Assembly: GCA_023205875.1 (NCBI GenBank)
Contig: CP060768.1
Coordinates: 555,299 to 575,298 of the forward strand
DNA: 20,000 bases
Source of the DNA: Chloropicon primus
Taxonomy: Eukaryota
Reading direction: 5' to 3'
The translations under genes were made by a program, and so were the position numbers. Shown piece after piece: positions 9,469 through 19,094 of this stretch; position 1 is the stretch's first letter, and each line of letters begins with the position of its first letter. The notes below the pieces were generated by a model that saw nothing but the letters and a program-made list of their open reading frames with translations, was not told the origin of the DNA and did not search any database.

Positions 9469-12400
9469 TCAGGCTTTGGTGGAGCCACCGCCACCACCCC
9501 TCTCTCCCCCGCAATCCACCACCTCCTCCTCCTCCTCGCTCCTGGCGGTGAAGAAGGACGCGAAGCTGGACCAAGTGGTGTCCTTCCCGCCGTCCTCCAC
9601 CTGGGCCCTCACCACCACCAAGACCATCATCTCCCTGGCGCCCCCGAGGACGGCGGGCAGGGCCCCGAGGCAGAACCCACACCCCGTGCAGAGCAAGATG
9701 CAGCCGCAAAGGAGCCAGTAGGCCTCCCCGGCGGTGGGGGCCGCCGCCCAGGCCGCCCCCAGCCCCGCGGCGATCACGCTCGGCACCTGGAAGAGGGCCA
9801 AGCCCACCAGCCGGGCCTCCGCGAAGGCTGCTCCTCGGCGATCCAGCCCCCAGAGGACCCTCGCCCCGGCGGCCGCGCCCGCCATCACCTCGACCAGCTT
9901 GCACGCGCCGAGGGCCAGGGCCAGCGGGGCGCCCGGGGCGGAGCAGCGGGACTCCTGGACGACGAGGTCTCCCCGGTCTCCCCGGCGCCTGGCCACGCCA
10001 TCGGTCCCGAGGCCACCCGCAGCGGCTACCGCGAGGACGTGGAGCGCGAGATCGACCCCGAGGCACGCGAGGAAGAGGAGGCCGCCTGGCCGCCTGGCCG
10101 CCCTCTTGGGCTTCTCCAGCCCCCCGTTCCCCAAAATGTGGCCCAGCGTCTGCGCCTTGAGGACCAGGGACCCGTAGCTCGCCACGAAGCCCGCGCTGAT
10201 CAGGAGCCACTTGAGGGTGCACCGCGGCCCCGAGGGCTTTCCCGTGGCCGCGAAGACGGCCGACAGGCACGCCAAATTCCCCAAAAGGAGGAGACCCACG
10301 AGCAGGGGCTGGCCCATCCTGGCTCGCTTGCGATTCCTGCACGCCACGAGGGCCGCGAGGGCGATCAGGTGGGCCGCGAGGGCGGTGCCCGCCAAACCGA
10401 GGAAGCACCTGCCCAGCAGGGACCGACTCGAGACGAACCAGCAGCCAATGCTCTCGTTTCTCGGCAGGTCGAGCCCCCCCGCGCAGAGCTTTGGCGAAGA
10501 AGATTTCCCCCTCCCCCCGCTGGCCTCGATCCAAGCGTACGTTACGGTCCTCTCCCCGCCTTGGCTGGAGCAGGCCCCGACCTCCGCGGTGTAGTAGCTC
10601 TCGTCGCACAGGGGGAGGCAAACCCTCCCCGGCGGGCTGTAGGACTGGTCCTCCGGGCAGCCTCCCACACGCAGGGCGCCGGAGGACCCGGCCAGCCAAG
10701 GCAGGCTCGGGGAGTGGACCTCCAGCACGAGTCTCGAGTGGGGGGGCATCGCGGCAACGACGTTGCCGGCGACGAGCGTGCCCCGAAAATCGGTACTTCC
10801 GTGGAACGCGGCCTTGTCCTGGAACCGGACGTCCTCTCCCGGCGAGCTGATGGTGAGGGGGAGCCCGCCCCGAAGGTAGCCTCCGACGTCCTGGCCCAAG
10901 GCGTCCTTCACTTGGACGCGCAGGTCGAAGGGAACCCCAGGGCTCAATGCCTCGGGCTGCTGCACCGAGGCTGTCTGGGGGCTCGTGGAGAAGAAGCAGG
11001 CCCCAAGAGAAGCCAAGGCCGGCGAGGTCGCCACCAAGGACCGTCCAAGGTCTTCGGGGGAGCAGAGGCCGCGCACATCGCGCGAGGGGTCCCAAAAGAT
11101 GCCCGCCCCGCAACCGTCCACCCTGTTCCCGGCAAAGGCCGCGTGCGTGATGTTAAGGGACCTCTCGAAGAAGTCACAACGACCTGTCGTCGTCGTTGGC
11201 GGCGCTCCCTCGACCCCTTCCTTCACGTAAATCGTGCCGGACGCCTCGTACTGAGGGTGGTCTGCATCGTTCGGGCAACGGGCGTTATTGCCGGCAAAGG
11301 AGGCGTTCGCCACGGTGAGCCTGGCAGAGGTGAAGATGGCCGAGCCGAAGCAAGCCTGGTTACCCACGAAAGTTCCCAGGAAAATGTTCGCGGTCACGTT
11401 CTGGGAGGCGAAGAAGGCACCGCCTCCCTTCTCGGCACTGCAATGCTCCAGGACAACTCGATCGAGCTCGACGAGGGATCGGTCCTCAGAATGCAGCGCT
11501 CCTCCGGTGCCCTTGGCGCTGGCGTTTCGTATGTGCACGCCCAAGAGGCGACCGAACGACTCCCCCGCCAGGTGCAAAGCCCCCCCCTCCTCAGCCGTCG
11601 CCCCCGCGATGCTAACGTCCCTCAGCACGACCTGGCTCCTGTCCCCCGCCGCAGCGAATCCTCCCCGGCCCGACACGGTGCCGCTGCCTGTTGCGGTGAG
11701 GCCGAACACGTCCACGATGGCTTCTCCCGCCGCGAAGACGGATCCTCCGCCGCTCTGGGCCAACGATCCCGTCACTGAGGACTCGCTCAAGAGGGTGAGG
11801 GTGTTGTGAGCCACGTGAGCCACGCCTCCGAGCCCTGCCCTCGGGTTCTCGAACCTGCACCTGTGGAACCTGTTCACGGACCTCGCCTCGGTGAGGATGA
11901 CTCCGCCCAAGCCCAAGCCCGCACTGGTGTCGGAGAACGTGCAGTTCTCAAAGGTCGTCTGCCCGCCCTGGGTGTGGGTGGACACCACTCCCCCCCCCCT
12001 CCCTGCCCCCGTTCCCAGGAAGGAGCAGCCCTCAAAGTCCGTCATCGCGAGGTGGCTGCCCGTCACGAAGGCGGCTCCCCCGAAGTCCGCGTAGGTGTTG
12101 CGAAACGCGCAATCCCTGAAAATCAGCGCCGCCGTATTCTCCGCGTACACAGCTCCGCCCCTTCCCTCCCCCTGCGCTTGCCCCGTCGCTCGGCAGCCTT
12201 CAAAGTCGACGTCTTGCAAGTAGATGTTCTCGGAGTTCTCAAAGCTGAGGCAGCCACCCCGGGCCAAGGCGGTCTGGTTCCCGCGGCTGCCACTCCCGTT
12301 CCTGATGACCAGGCCCCGAAGGGTCACGTCCCGGACGCCCTTGAAGTCGAACAAAGGCCCAGAGAACCTCAGATCGATCACTGGCCTGGTCCCCAGCCCC

Positions 12401-12765
12401 TCGCCCAGGGGAACGATGAACACGCCGCTCCTCGTGAAGACCCTCGCCCCCTCCACGAGGTCCCCCACGGCCCTGTCCCTCGTGTCATTGTACACGCCTG
12501 GCCCGAGGAACATGGTGTCCCCCTCCTCGAGCCTCTCGTACGCCGCGCCGAGGGTCCTGCAGGACCTCAGGGACCCCAGTAACCCGCAGGACTCCTCGTC
12601 CCGCCCCTCCGTGGGGTGCACGTATACCCCCTTGCAGCTCGCGACCTCCGCACCTAGTACCCCGGCGAGAACGCAGACTGATGCAAACGCCCACAACCTC
12701 GTTTTCCTTTTCCATTCCCATTCCCATTCCCATTTCCACCCCTCCGTCCTCGCCATCCTCAACAT
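9469..12765 (-). CDS. Class C (7tm_3-like) GPCR-like receptor with signal peptide, pectin-lyase-like right-handed beta-helix ectodomain, Cys-rich linker and seven TM helices, about 1098 aa
   Basis: Hydrophobic signal LWAFASVCVLAGVLGAEVA, then VYVHPTEGRDEESCG...CRTLGAAY...GDTMFLGPGVY and repeated GGA/GGC/GGV plus FxxCxF motifs (beta-helix). A Cys-rich linker follows, then 7 hydrophobic segments with class C hallmarks: RNRKRARMGQP at the start of TM2, C-x-x-x-W...GFVASYGSLVLKA in TM3, an ECL2 Cys, and FAEARLVG before TM6 (cf. mGluR FNEAKPIG). First ATG is at 12765. Confidence 0.75.
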   Translation of the reverse strand: MLRMARTEGWKWEWEWEWKRKTRLWAFASVCVLAGVLGAEVASCKGVYVHPTEGRDEESCGLLGSLRSCRTLGAAYERLEEGDTMFLGPGVYNDTRDRAVGDLVEGARVFTRSGVFIVPLGEGLGTRPVIDLRFSGPLFDFKGVRDVTLRGLVIRNGSGSRGNQTALARGGCLSFENSENIYLQDVDFEGCRATGQAQGEGRGGAVYAENTAALIFRDCAFRNTYADFGGAAFVTGSHLAMTDFEGCSFLGTGAGRGGGVVSTHTQGGQTTFENCTFSDTSAGLGLGGVILTEARSVNRFHRCRFENPRAGLGGVAHVAHNTLTLLSESSVTGSLAQSGGGSVFAAGEAIVDVFGLTATGSGTVSGRGGFAAAGDRSQVVLRDVSIAGATAEEGGALHLAGESFGRLLGVHIRNASAKGTGGALHSEDRSLVELDRVVLEHCSAEKGGGAFFASQNVTANIFLGTFVGNQACFGSAIFTSARLTVANASFAGNNARCPNDADHPQYEASGTIYVKEGVEGAPPTTTTGRCDFFERSLNITHAAFAGNRVDGCGAGIFWDPSRDVRGLCSPEDLGRSLVATSPALASLGACFFSTSPQTASVQQPEALSPGVPFDLRVQVKDALGQDVGGYLRGGLPLTISSPGEDVRFQDKAAFHGSTDFRGTLVAGNVVAAMPPHSRLVLEVHSPSLPWLAGSSGALRVGGCPEDQSYSPPGRVCLPLCDESYYTAEVGACSSQGGERTVTYAWIEASGGRGKSSSPKLCAGGLDLPRNESIGCWFVSSRSLLGRCFLGLAGTALAAHLIALAALVACRNRKRARMGQPLLVGLLLLGNLACLSAVFAATGKPSGPRCTLKWLLISAGFVASYGSLVLKAQTLGHILGNGGLEKPKRAARRPGGLLFLACLGVDLALHVLAVAAAGGLGTDGVARRRGDRGDLVVQESRCSAPGAPLALALGACKLVEVMAGAAAGARVLWGLDRRGAAFAEARLVGLALFQVPSVIAAGLGAAWAAAPTAGEAYWLLCGCILLCTGCGFCLGALPAVLGGAREMMVLVVVRAQVEDGGKDTTWSSFASFFTARSEEEEEVVDCGGERGGGGGSTKA

Positions 12766-13238
12766 CCTCAACACCCCCACCTCGCCTTCGCCTTCGTCGT
12801 CGTGGAGGTCGTGGTGTGGCTTCAGCTCCTCGTCCGCGTCTGCGTCCGCGTCTGCGTGTTGTTGTTGTTGTTGTTGTGGTGGTGGTCGCGGTCGCGGCCG
12901 TGTCCTGGTTGTGGTTGTGCCCCTCCATCGTTCGCCCCTCCCCTCGCCCCTCCCTTCACGAAACGGCTGGCGCGGGAAACGCTTTCCCTTTTTTGGCGCC
13001 AGGAGGCGAAGAGGAGACGATGGAGGCAGGGAGGATGGGGATGGAGGAGGAGACGATGGAGCCGGCCGAGATGGGGAACAAGGAGGAGGGAACCACGGAA
13101 GGAGGAAGGACAGGGGGAGGGGGCAAAGAGGGTGGGTGGGGGGTATGGGGAGTGGAGGGTCGGGTTGGGTTGGGTTGGGTTTCTAAGAAAATAATAGAGT
13201 AACGTATCAATTGTAAACCCCTCAAATCCTAGAAGGAA

Positions 13239-14504
13239 CTAACTAACGGGATGGGGGAGGTCCTTTCTTTCCTCGATGTCTTTCTTCATCGCCTGGAAGA
13301 CGTGCCTGAAGGTGCTGGGGTCCAAGGAGCAGAGACTCTGGCAGTTGAGGTATTCCTCCGACGAGGACAGCGACGTTGTCCTTGTCGTGTCGGCTTTCGC
13401 CCCCTTGCCGCCCTCGCCCGCCTTGCTTTGGTCCTTCCCCTCGCCCTCGTGACCGCGAGTCAGGAGACCTGCCAAGGCCGCGAACTCCTCCCGGACCAAG
13501 GTGAGGCTGGCCTCCACCTGAGAGATCTCGTACGACAGGAGGTGATCCCCGTTGGAGGCCACCCCTGCCTCGGACCCCTTGGCCAATGCGCCCTTGGCCA
13601 CGTCCTTGGCGCACTTGTTGTGAACGATGTCGGTCTTGTTGAGCAGGACGAAGAGCATCTTCTCTTTCCCCTTTCCCTTCTCCTTGTCCAGGCACGCCAT
13701 CAGTTGAGAGAAGAGGGCGAGGCTCTCCTCCTTGGCGCCCACGGGGCTCACTGAGTAGAACCTTGTCTTCCTGCCCTTGTCCTTGCTGTTGCCCCTCTCC
13801 TCCTGGTCCTTCCCGCTGTCCTCCTCTTCCTCCTCCTGAGGAAAGTAATCGGCGAGGGAAGAGACGTAGCACACCGCGTCGCACGCCTCCACCTTCTCCT
13901 GCCAGACCTTCCTCGTCTCCCTTTCGCCGTCCACCACCGTGACATCGAGCTCGAAGGTGTCGAGGTCGAACGTGTAGTCGTGGTCCCCGACGTCCGGGAG
14001 CCTCACCCTCAGGATGTGGTCCTTCTTGGGCTCGAACTGGCCGGTGAAGATCTTCTCGGCGTCCCTGATGAACAGGCCCGCAGGCTCCGTCGCCAGGTGA
14101 CTCTCCATGTACTCCCTCAAAGGCTTCATCTTTGACACCGCGACAATCGCATCGATGGCCTCCCTGTTCTCCGCCAGGTAGTCCTCGAGCATGAGGACCT
14201 CCACCGACCACCTGTCCACGCTGGCGAACCTGTCATAGAGGCTGGACACGACCTCTGCCTGACTCTTGTGAAACTCGTCCACCTCCACGCCCTTCTCCTT
14301 GAGCTTCTCCAGGACAAGACCGATGCACCGCAGGACGTTGTACTGAATGTCCTTGACGAAACCATCGCACGTGGCTTGATCGAAACCACCCTGGCACTCG
14401 TACACCAACTGCTTCACAAAAGTTGTCTTGCCGCACTTGGGCACGCCGAGAAGTACTAAGCGGACCTTGGGCTTCCCGCCCCCTTTCGAGCAGATGCAAC
14501 CCAT
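13239..14504 (-). CDS. Divergent heterotrimeric G-protein alpha-subunit-like protein, 421 aa
   Basis: MGCICSK (myristoyl Gly2 plus palmitoylable Cys), RLVLLGVPKCGKTTFVKQL (G1), a helical-domain-sized insert with IQYNVLRCI, DHILRVRLP (G2 region), VVDGERETRKVW (G3/switch II-like), AVCYVSSLADY, EESLALF, VLLNKTD (G4), LCSLD (G5-like), and the terminal helix FRHVFQAMKKDI. Motif order and spacing match G-alpha. Confidence 0.88.
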   Translation of the reverse strand: MGCICSKGGGKPKVRLVLLGVPKCGKTTFVKQLVYECQGGFDQATCDGFVKDIQYNVLRCIGLVLEKLKEKGVEVDEFHKSQAEVVSSLYDRFASVDRWSVEVLMLEDYLAENREAIDAIVAVSKMKPLREYMESHLATEPAGLFIRDAEKIFTGQFEPKKDHILRVRLPDVGDHDYTFDLDTFELDVTVVDGERETRKVWQEKVEACDAVCYVSSLADYFPQEEEEEDSGKDQEERGNSKDKGRKTRFYSVSPVGAKEESLALFSQLMACLDKEKGKGKEKMLFVLLNKTDIVHNKCAKDVAKGALAKGSEAGVASNGDHLLSYEISQVEASLTLVREEFAALAGLLTRGHEGEGKDQSKAGEGGKGAKADTTRTTSLSSSEEYLNCQSLCSLDPSTFRHVFQAMKKDIEERKDLPHPVS

Positions 14505-14652
14505 TCGACCAATCGATCGATGCTTTCCTTGCTTCCTTGCTTCCTTGCTTTGCTTGGGACAAGATCAACTCCAGCTCAGGGCAAGGGGCGCTGCCTGACG
14601 GAGCCTTGGCTTGGCTTGGCTTGGGTGGTCTGGCAAAAAAGATCTTCCTTCG

Positions 14653-14690
14653 GTCGGTCGTTCGGTTCGGTTCGGTTCGGTTCGGTTCGG
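14653..14690. repeat. (GGTTC)n microsatellite upstream of the G-alpha-like gene
   Basis: Seen directly. Confidence 0.85.
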
Positions 14691-15337
14691 TCGTCCTCCT
14701 CCTCGTGTGCGTGCGTGTGTGTCCAGGTGTTGCGACACACACGAGCACGAGCGTCCTCCTCCTTGGATGGTGCGATGGCGTCCTGTCCTTTGGTTGGACA
14801 GACGGCCTGCCGACAGATGAGACGAGGAGAGAGGGGAGGAGAGGGGAATGGAGGGGGGTGGGCACACGCAGCATCAAGGGAAGGGGGGGCGGGGGAGCAT
14901 CAAGGGGCATCCAACGCAGAGGGCTGGGATCAAAGGACACATCAAACAGCAATTTGTCTTGTCTTGTTGCTGTTCTTGTACGAATAAATATATACTGCAC
15001 ACGTCGTTAAAAATATAGATGATCGATCTACCGCAACGGAGCGAGGGAGATATGATAGTACACACTCTTGTTGGAACAAGTCTAACCAAACCATAAACTG
15101 CTTCAACCAACAAGGGGGGGGAGAGAACAGACCAGTTCCCAAGAGCCGTCAACCAAACCAAAACCAAAACCAAATACATAGTACAAACCATACCCAAAAC
15201 ATCATGTTGTCCAACGGCCCCAGACTGTCTCTCCCCTTCCCCTTGCCCCTCTTCCCTTCCCCCATCCGGTCGTCGTGGTCTTCATCCATAACACTTGCTC
15301 TCAGTGGTGGTGCCACGACCCCTGTGGTGATGTGTCG

Positions 15338-17283
15338 TTAATTTCCTTGACCGAAGGTCAAGGCCGAGCTTGCTCTCAGCCTAGACACCTTCTTCGTGCT
15401 TCCCGCTTTTTTCCTCTTTGGCTTCTTCATCGTCATCGCGGACACGAGGTTAGCCTGAAGGGAGTCGGAAAGCGAGTGGAGATGAGCCACCCCTGTGGCC
15501 TTTCTGTACGCCCGCCACCACCTTTGGATCACCAACGCCGCTTGGTTAATGTTCTTGTTGTCCGTGTCCCTCTGAGCATACTGGCGCATCTTGTGGTACC
15601 TCGCCAGGGCCTGCAAGTCAGTCTCCAGCACCTCGATCAAGTCCTTCTTCGACAGGGAAGCCACCTCGCAGTACGTGACGGACTTGACCATGTCCGTGGA
15701 GAAGAACTGCTCCAGGACGAGGCCTTGGTCACCAAAGTACTCCCCGCCCCCGATCGTGTCGTAGTAAGGCTCAGGATCGTTTTCCCAAAACTTGGGGCCG
15801 CAAATCGCGTTCCCCCTGAGGAAGACGTAGCACTTTTCGTTCTCCTGGCCCTTCTCGACGATGGTCGACTCGGGCAAAAAGTACTCCGTCTCGATCTTGT
15901 AGCAGATCTTCTTCTTGATGGACGAGCCCAAAAACCGCAGGCAGGGAATCAGATCGACTGCGTGCCTGTACCTCTCCGCGTTGATCTCCCCCGAATGTGC
16001 TCCGGCAGCAGGTTCAAGGTCTGGTCCACCTCGGTCTGCCTGTGAATGAAGCCGAACTGGAGGGCCTTCTCGCACCTCTGCTGCAGCGCGGGCGTGACTC
16101 CATGCTGGTGCAAGAAGTTCACCATGAGCTGTCTGGTGCTCAGGTACTGGGCCTTGGCCGTGTTGTGGAAGCTCACGTAACTGTTGATGTTACCCAGGAT
16201 GGTGGCGAACACGATCATTCCCACAATGGTTGTGATCAGCTCCAGGATGGAGTGGGCCACCGAGCACGTCACGGCTCCGGACCCCATATCAGCAATCGCC
16301 TTGCCCGTGTACGCCAGTATGCTCAAGTACAGCTCCCCGAGGGAGGCCGAGTCGTACATCACGCTGTGGGCGATCTCGCAGCCCTCCACGCCGTACGTCT
16401 GGTCGATGAAAGCGAGGGCGCAGGTCAGGATGTGCGTGAGAAGGAGGAAGGCAAAGAGGTTGTTCGTCAGCCCGGTGTACAGGCTCACCGACGTGTCCTT
16501 CATCCCAAACAGCTTCCTGAACCTCAGCAGCCTTGGGATCAGCAAAAGCGCCGTGAGCCCCACGGTGCTGTCCTTCACCATCTTCTCAAAGGGGAAGACG
16601 CTCAGCAGGTCCAGGAGGAACCACGTCTTGAGGTACTTGAAGGCCACGTCCTTGGAGTGCATGCAAAGGAGCCACCTCCCGTTCTCGTTGTGCCAGAACC
16701 CGATCCTGAAGCTCACCAGCATGTGGCACGCGAACAGGCAGTCGCAGACGTCCTTGACCGTCTTCGCGCTCGTGAAGTCGTGGTTGGTCTTCTGGAACCC
16801 GAAGATGAACGTCTCGATCAGGACGCTCACCACGACGATCAGCACCACGCAGTAGTTCCAGATGAGCATCTCAAAGGTGTCCGGGGAGAGGGGCCACACG
16901 AAGACCTGCATGAAGGTCTCCCTCGAGAACAGGGGGTACTCCTCGTCCTCGTCTTGCTTGTCGAAGGTGTTGAGGAAGGCGCTCACCGAGTCCTGCCCCA
17001 AGGCCTCCACGAAGCTTCCCCTCCGTCCCCCCAAAGTCAGCTTGCGCTGCGCCTTGGTCTCGTCGTTGATGTCCTTCTCCAGGCCCTTGAGCTCCTCGTC
17101 GGTGAACGAGTCATTGTGGCCCGTGTTCCTGCTCGCTCTCCTCCTGTCCCCCCTGGTCGAGTAGTTCGACCTGATGCTTGTGACGGAGTTGCTCCTGGAC
17201 CTCCGCCCCGCCCTCTTGATGTCCTCGAAGGTCTGGGCATCGAAGGAGAACTGCCTCAGCACATCGGCGTCCAAAGATTGCAT
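15338..17283 (-). CDS. Cyclic-nucleotide-binding-domain cation channel (6TM, CNG/HCN/KCNH superfamily) with C-terminal IQ motif; 1-nt frameshift at 15988-15992, about 648 aa if corrected
   Basis: ORF 17283-15949 encodes S1-S6 (WNYCVVLIVV..., VAFKYLKTWFLLDLLSVFPFE, S4 LLIPRLLRFRKL, IVGMIVFATILGNINSYV) and the C-linker up to LNLLPEHIRG. The overlapping ORF continues EINAERYRHAVDLIPCL...FLPESTIVEKGQENEKCYVFLRG...GGGEYFGDQGL...VKSVTYCEVASLSKKDL (CNBD) and AALVIQRWWRAYRK (IQ). Confidence 0.85.
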
Positions 17284-19094
17284 CTTGGTCTCGTCTCGGT
17301 TCCCGGTTCTACTCGACGCTCACACAGAAACCAAACACAAGAGTAAGAGCCGCCGCCGTCGTCGAGGTCGAGCTTAAAAAACTACACGTCGTTGAAGCGT
17401 CGTCACAACACTACCTATTAATTCTGCAGTTTGTTCCAGTGGTATTCTATTGCTCTTCCATCCCACTCCGCCCCAGTGCCATGAGAGCACCCGGGGGTAA
17501 TGCGACGAGTGCTTTTGCCTCCGCTCTTGCCTCGGCTCTGTGTCCTTGTCTTGCACTCTCCCTCTTCCTGTTCCTCGCGGGGTTGTGGAGTTCTCCTTCG
17601 CTGGCACCGTGGGTTTGCCTTTGGGTGTGTGTGGCCTTCCCCTCCTCCCTTCCTCCTGCTTGTATATAAGAGAGAGAGAGAGAACCTCTTGGGAAGGGAA
17701 GGAATCAGATTATAATTATCCAAAGGCCAAGGCAGGACAAGGACAAGGACAAGGAGAAGGACAAGGAGAAGGATCTTTTCTTCGTTCGTTCCTCTGAGAG
17801 GATGATCATTGATTATTCCCAGAGGAGCATTTGATGCCGATGTTAACGTTGTTGTAAATCAGAACCCAATTGTAACAAGAGAAGAGCCGCCTCGTCGAGG
17901 AACGAACGGGAGACACAACGAACGAAACACACAACATGCATGGGGAACAATCAAGGACAATCAAAGACAATCAAGGACAATGCAGGAGTGGGGAGGGGAG
18001 GGGAGGAGTGTTGGGGGCAATGAGTGGGTCGTAGCGCGTCTCTGTGGTTTTGGGTGATTTGTTCGTACCACCTCAGTAGTTCTGCTCCAGCACGTGCTGG
18101 CCCCGGCCCGGGGGCTGACACAATGCATGGTGAATCACCACGCCCCAGCTCAGCCTGCTGCGTGATGGCGGAGAGGAGAAGGGGAGAGGAGAGGGGAGGA
18201 GAGGAGGTGATCTTGGGTTGTTATGTTAGTGTTGGAATGCTTCTGTGTGTTGGGTTCTTATGTGGCTTTTGGTGGCATTTCCTGATTAGGCTTGGAGAAC
18301 CTCATGGGGGCGCTGATGGGGGGCCTGTGGAGGGGCTTGAGGACACCATCGGGGAGGCAGATGATTGGTTTTGAGGTGTTTGGGGGGTCTCCGTGGCGCA
18401 TTTGGGGTCCTTGGAATGCCTTGGTCTCAATCGCCTTGCTCGATGACACTGAATGGGAGGAGGGGCCAGCCAGATGATGTGTGCTTGGGTCCGGGCACCG
18501 GCGTCGAGGGGGTGGGGAGTGGAGAGGTGTTCTTGGGGCAATGCAGGAGAGTGGGAGAGGAGGGAAGGCGAGGACAGGTGTGTTACGGGTATTTGGTCGT
18601 GGATTGGATCCTCTTTGTTTGGTTCATGATGACTTGATTGTGTAATGTAGGTGTGTATGATATAATTCTGCTGCTTTTATTGCCCATTTTTGGGCCTATT
18701 TTTTGGTACGAATAGTGGAGTGACGGATCCAGTTCGTATCCGATGGCTATGAAACTTTGTCAGAAGGGGTTTGTATTTTAAATTTGGATACTCTTGTAAT
18801 ATGGTGTATCTTCCCGTCGTCCTTGAACCTGTAGAGATCCATCTGTCGGACCACTAAAACCCAGCCCTCCATGGATGATGATGATGTTATGTGAATGGAG
18901 TCCGTGATGAAGAGACTTGTTCCGGGTGGAGTGCAATCTAGGGCACCAGAGAATAAAGAGGTCCAATCGTAAACCTTACCCTGATCCACTCTTCTGCTGG
19001 AATCCGTCGTCTTATGCGACCTGGTTTAGGGCCGACTAAAACCCAGATCACACTTAAAACCAATACCAGAAGGAAAATCTGCGGTGGCTTGGAT

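Noticed and set aside
9359..11778. 772-aa plus-strand and 584-aa minus-strand ORFs overlapping the GPCR-like gene
   Set aside because: Alternate-frame or antisense ORFs rich in R/G/P, typical of high-GC coding DNA.
15997..17346. 449-aa plus-strand ORF
   Set aside because: Antisense mirror of the channel gene.
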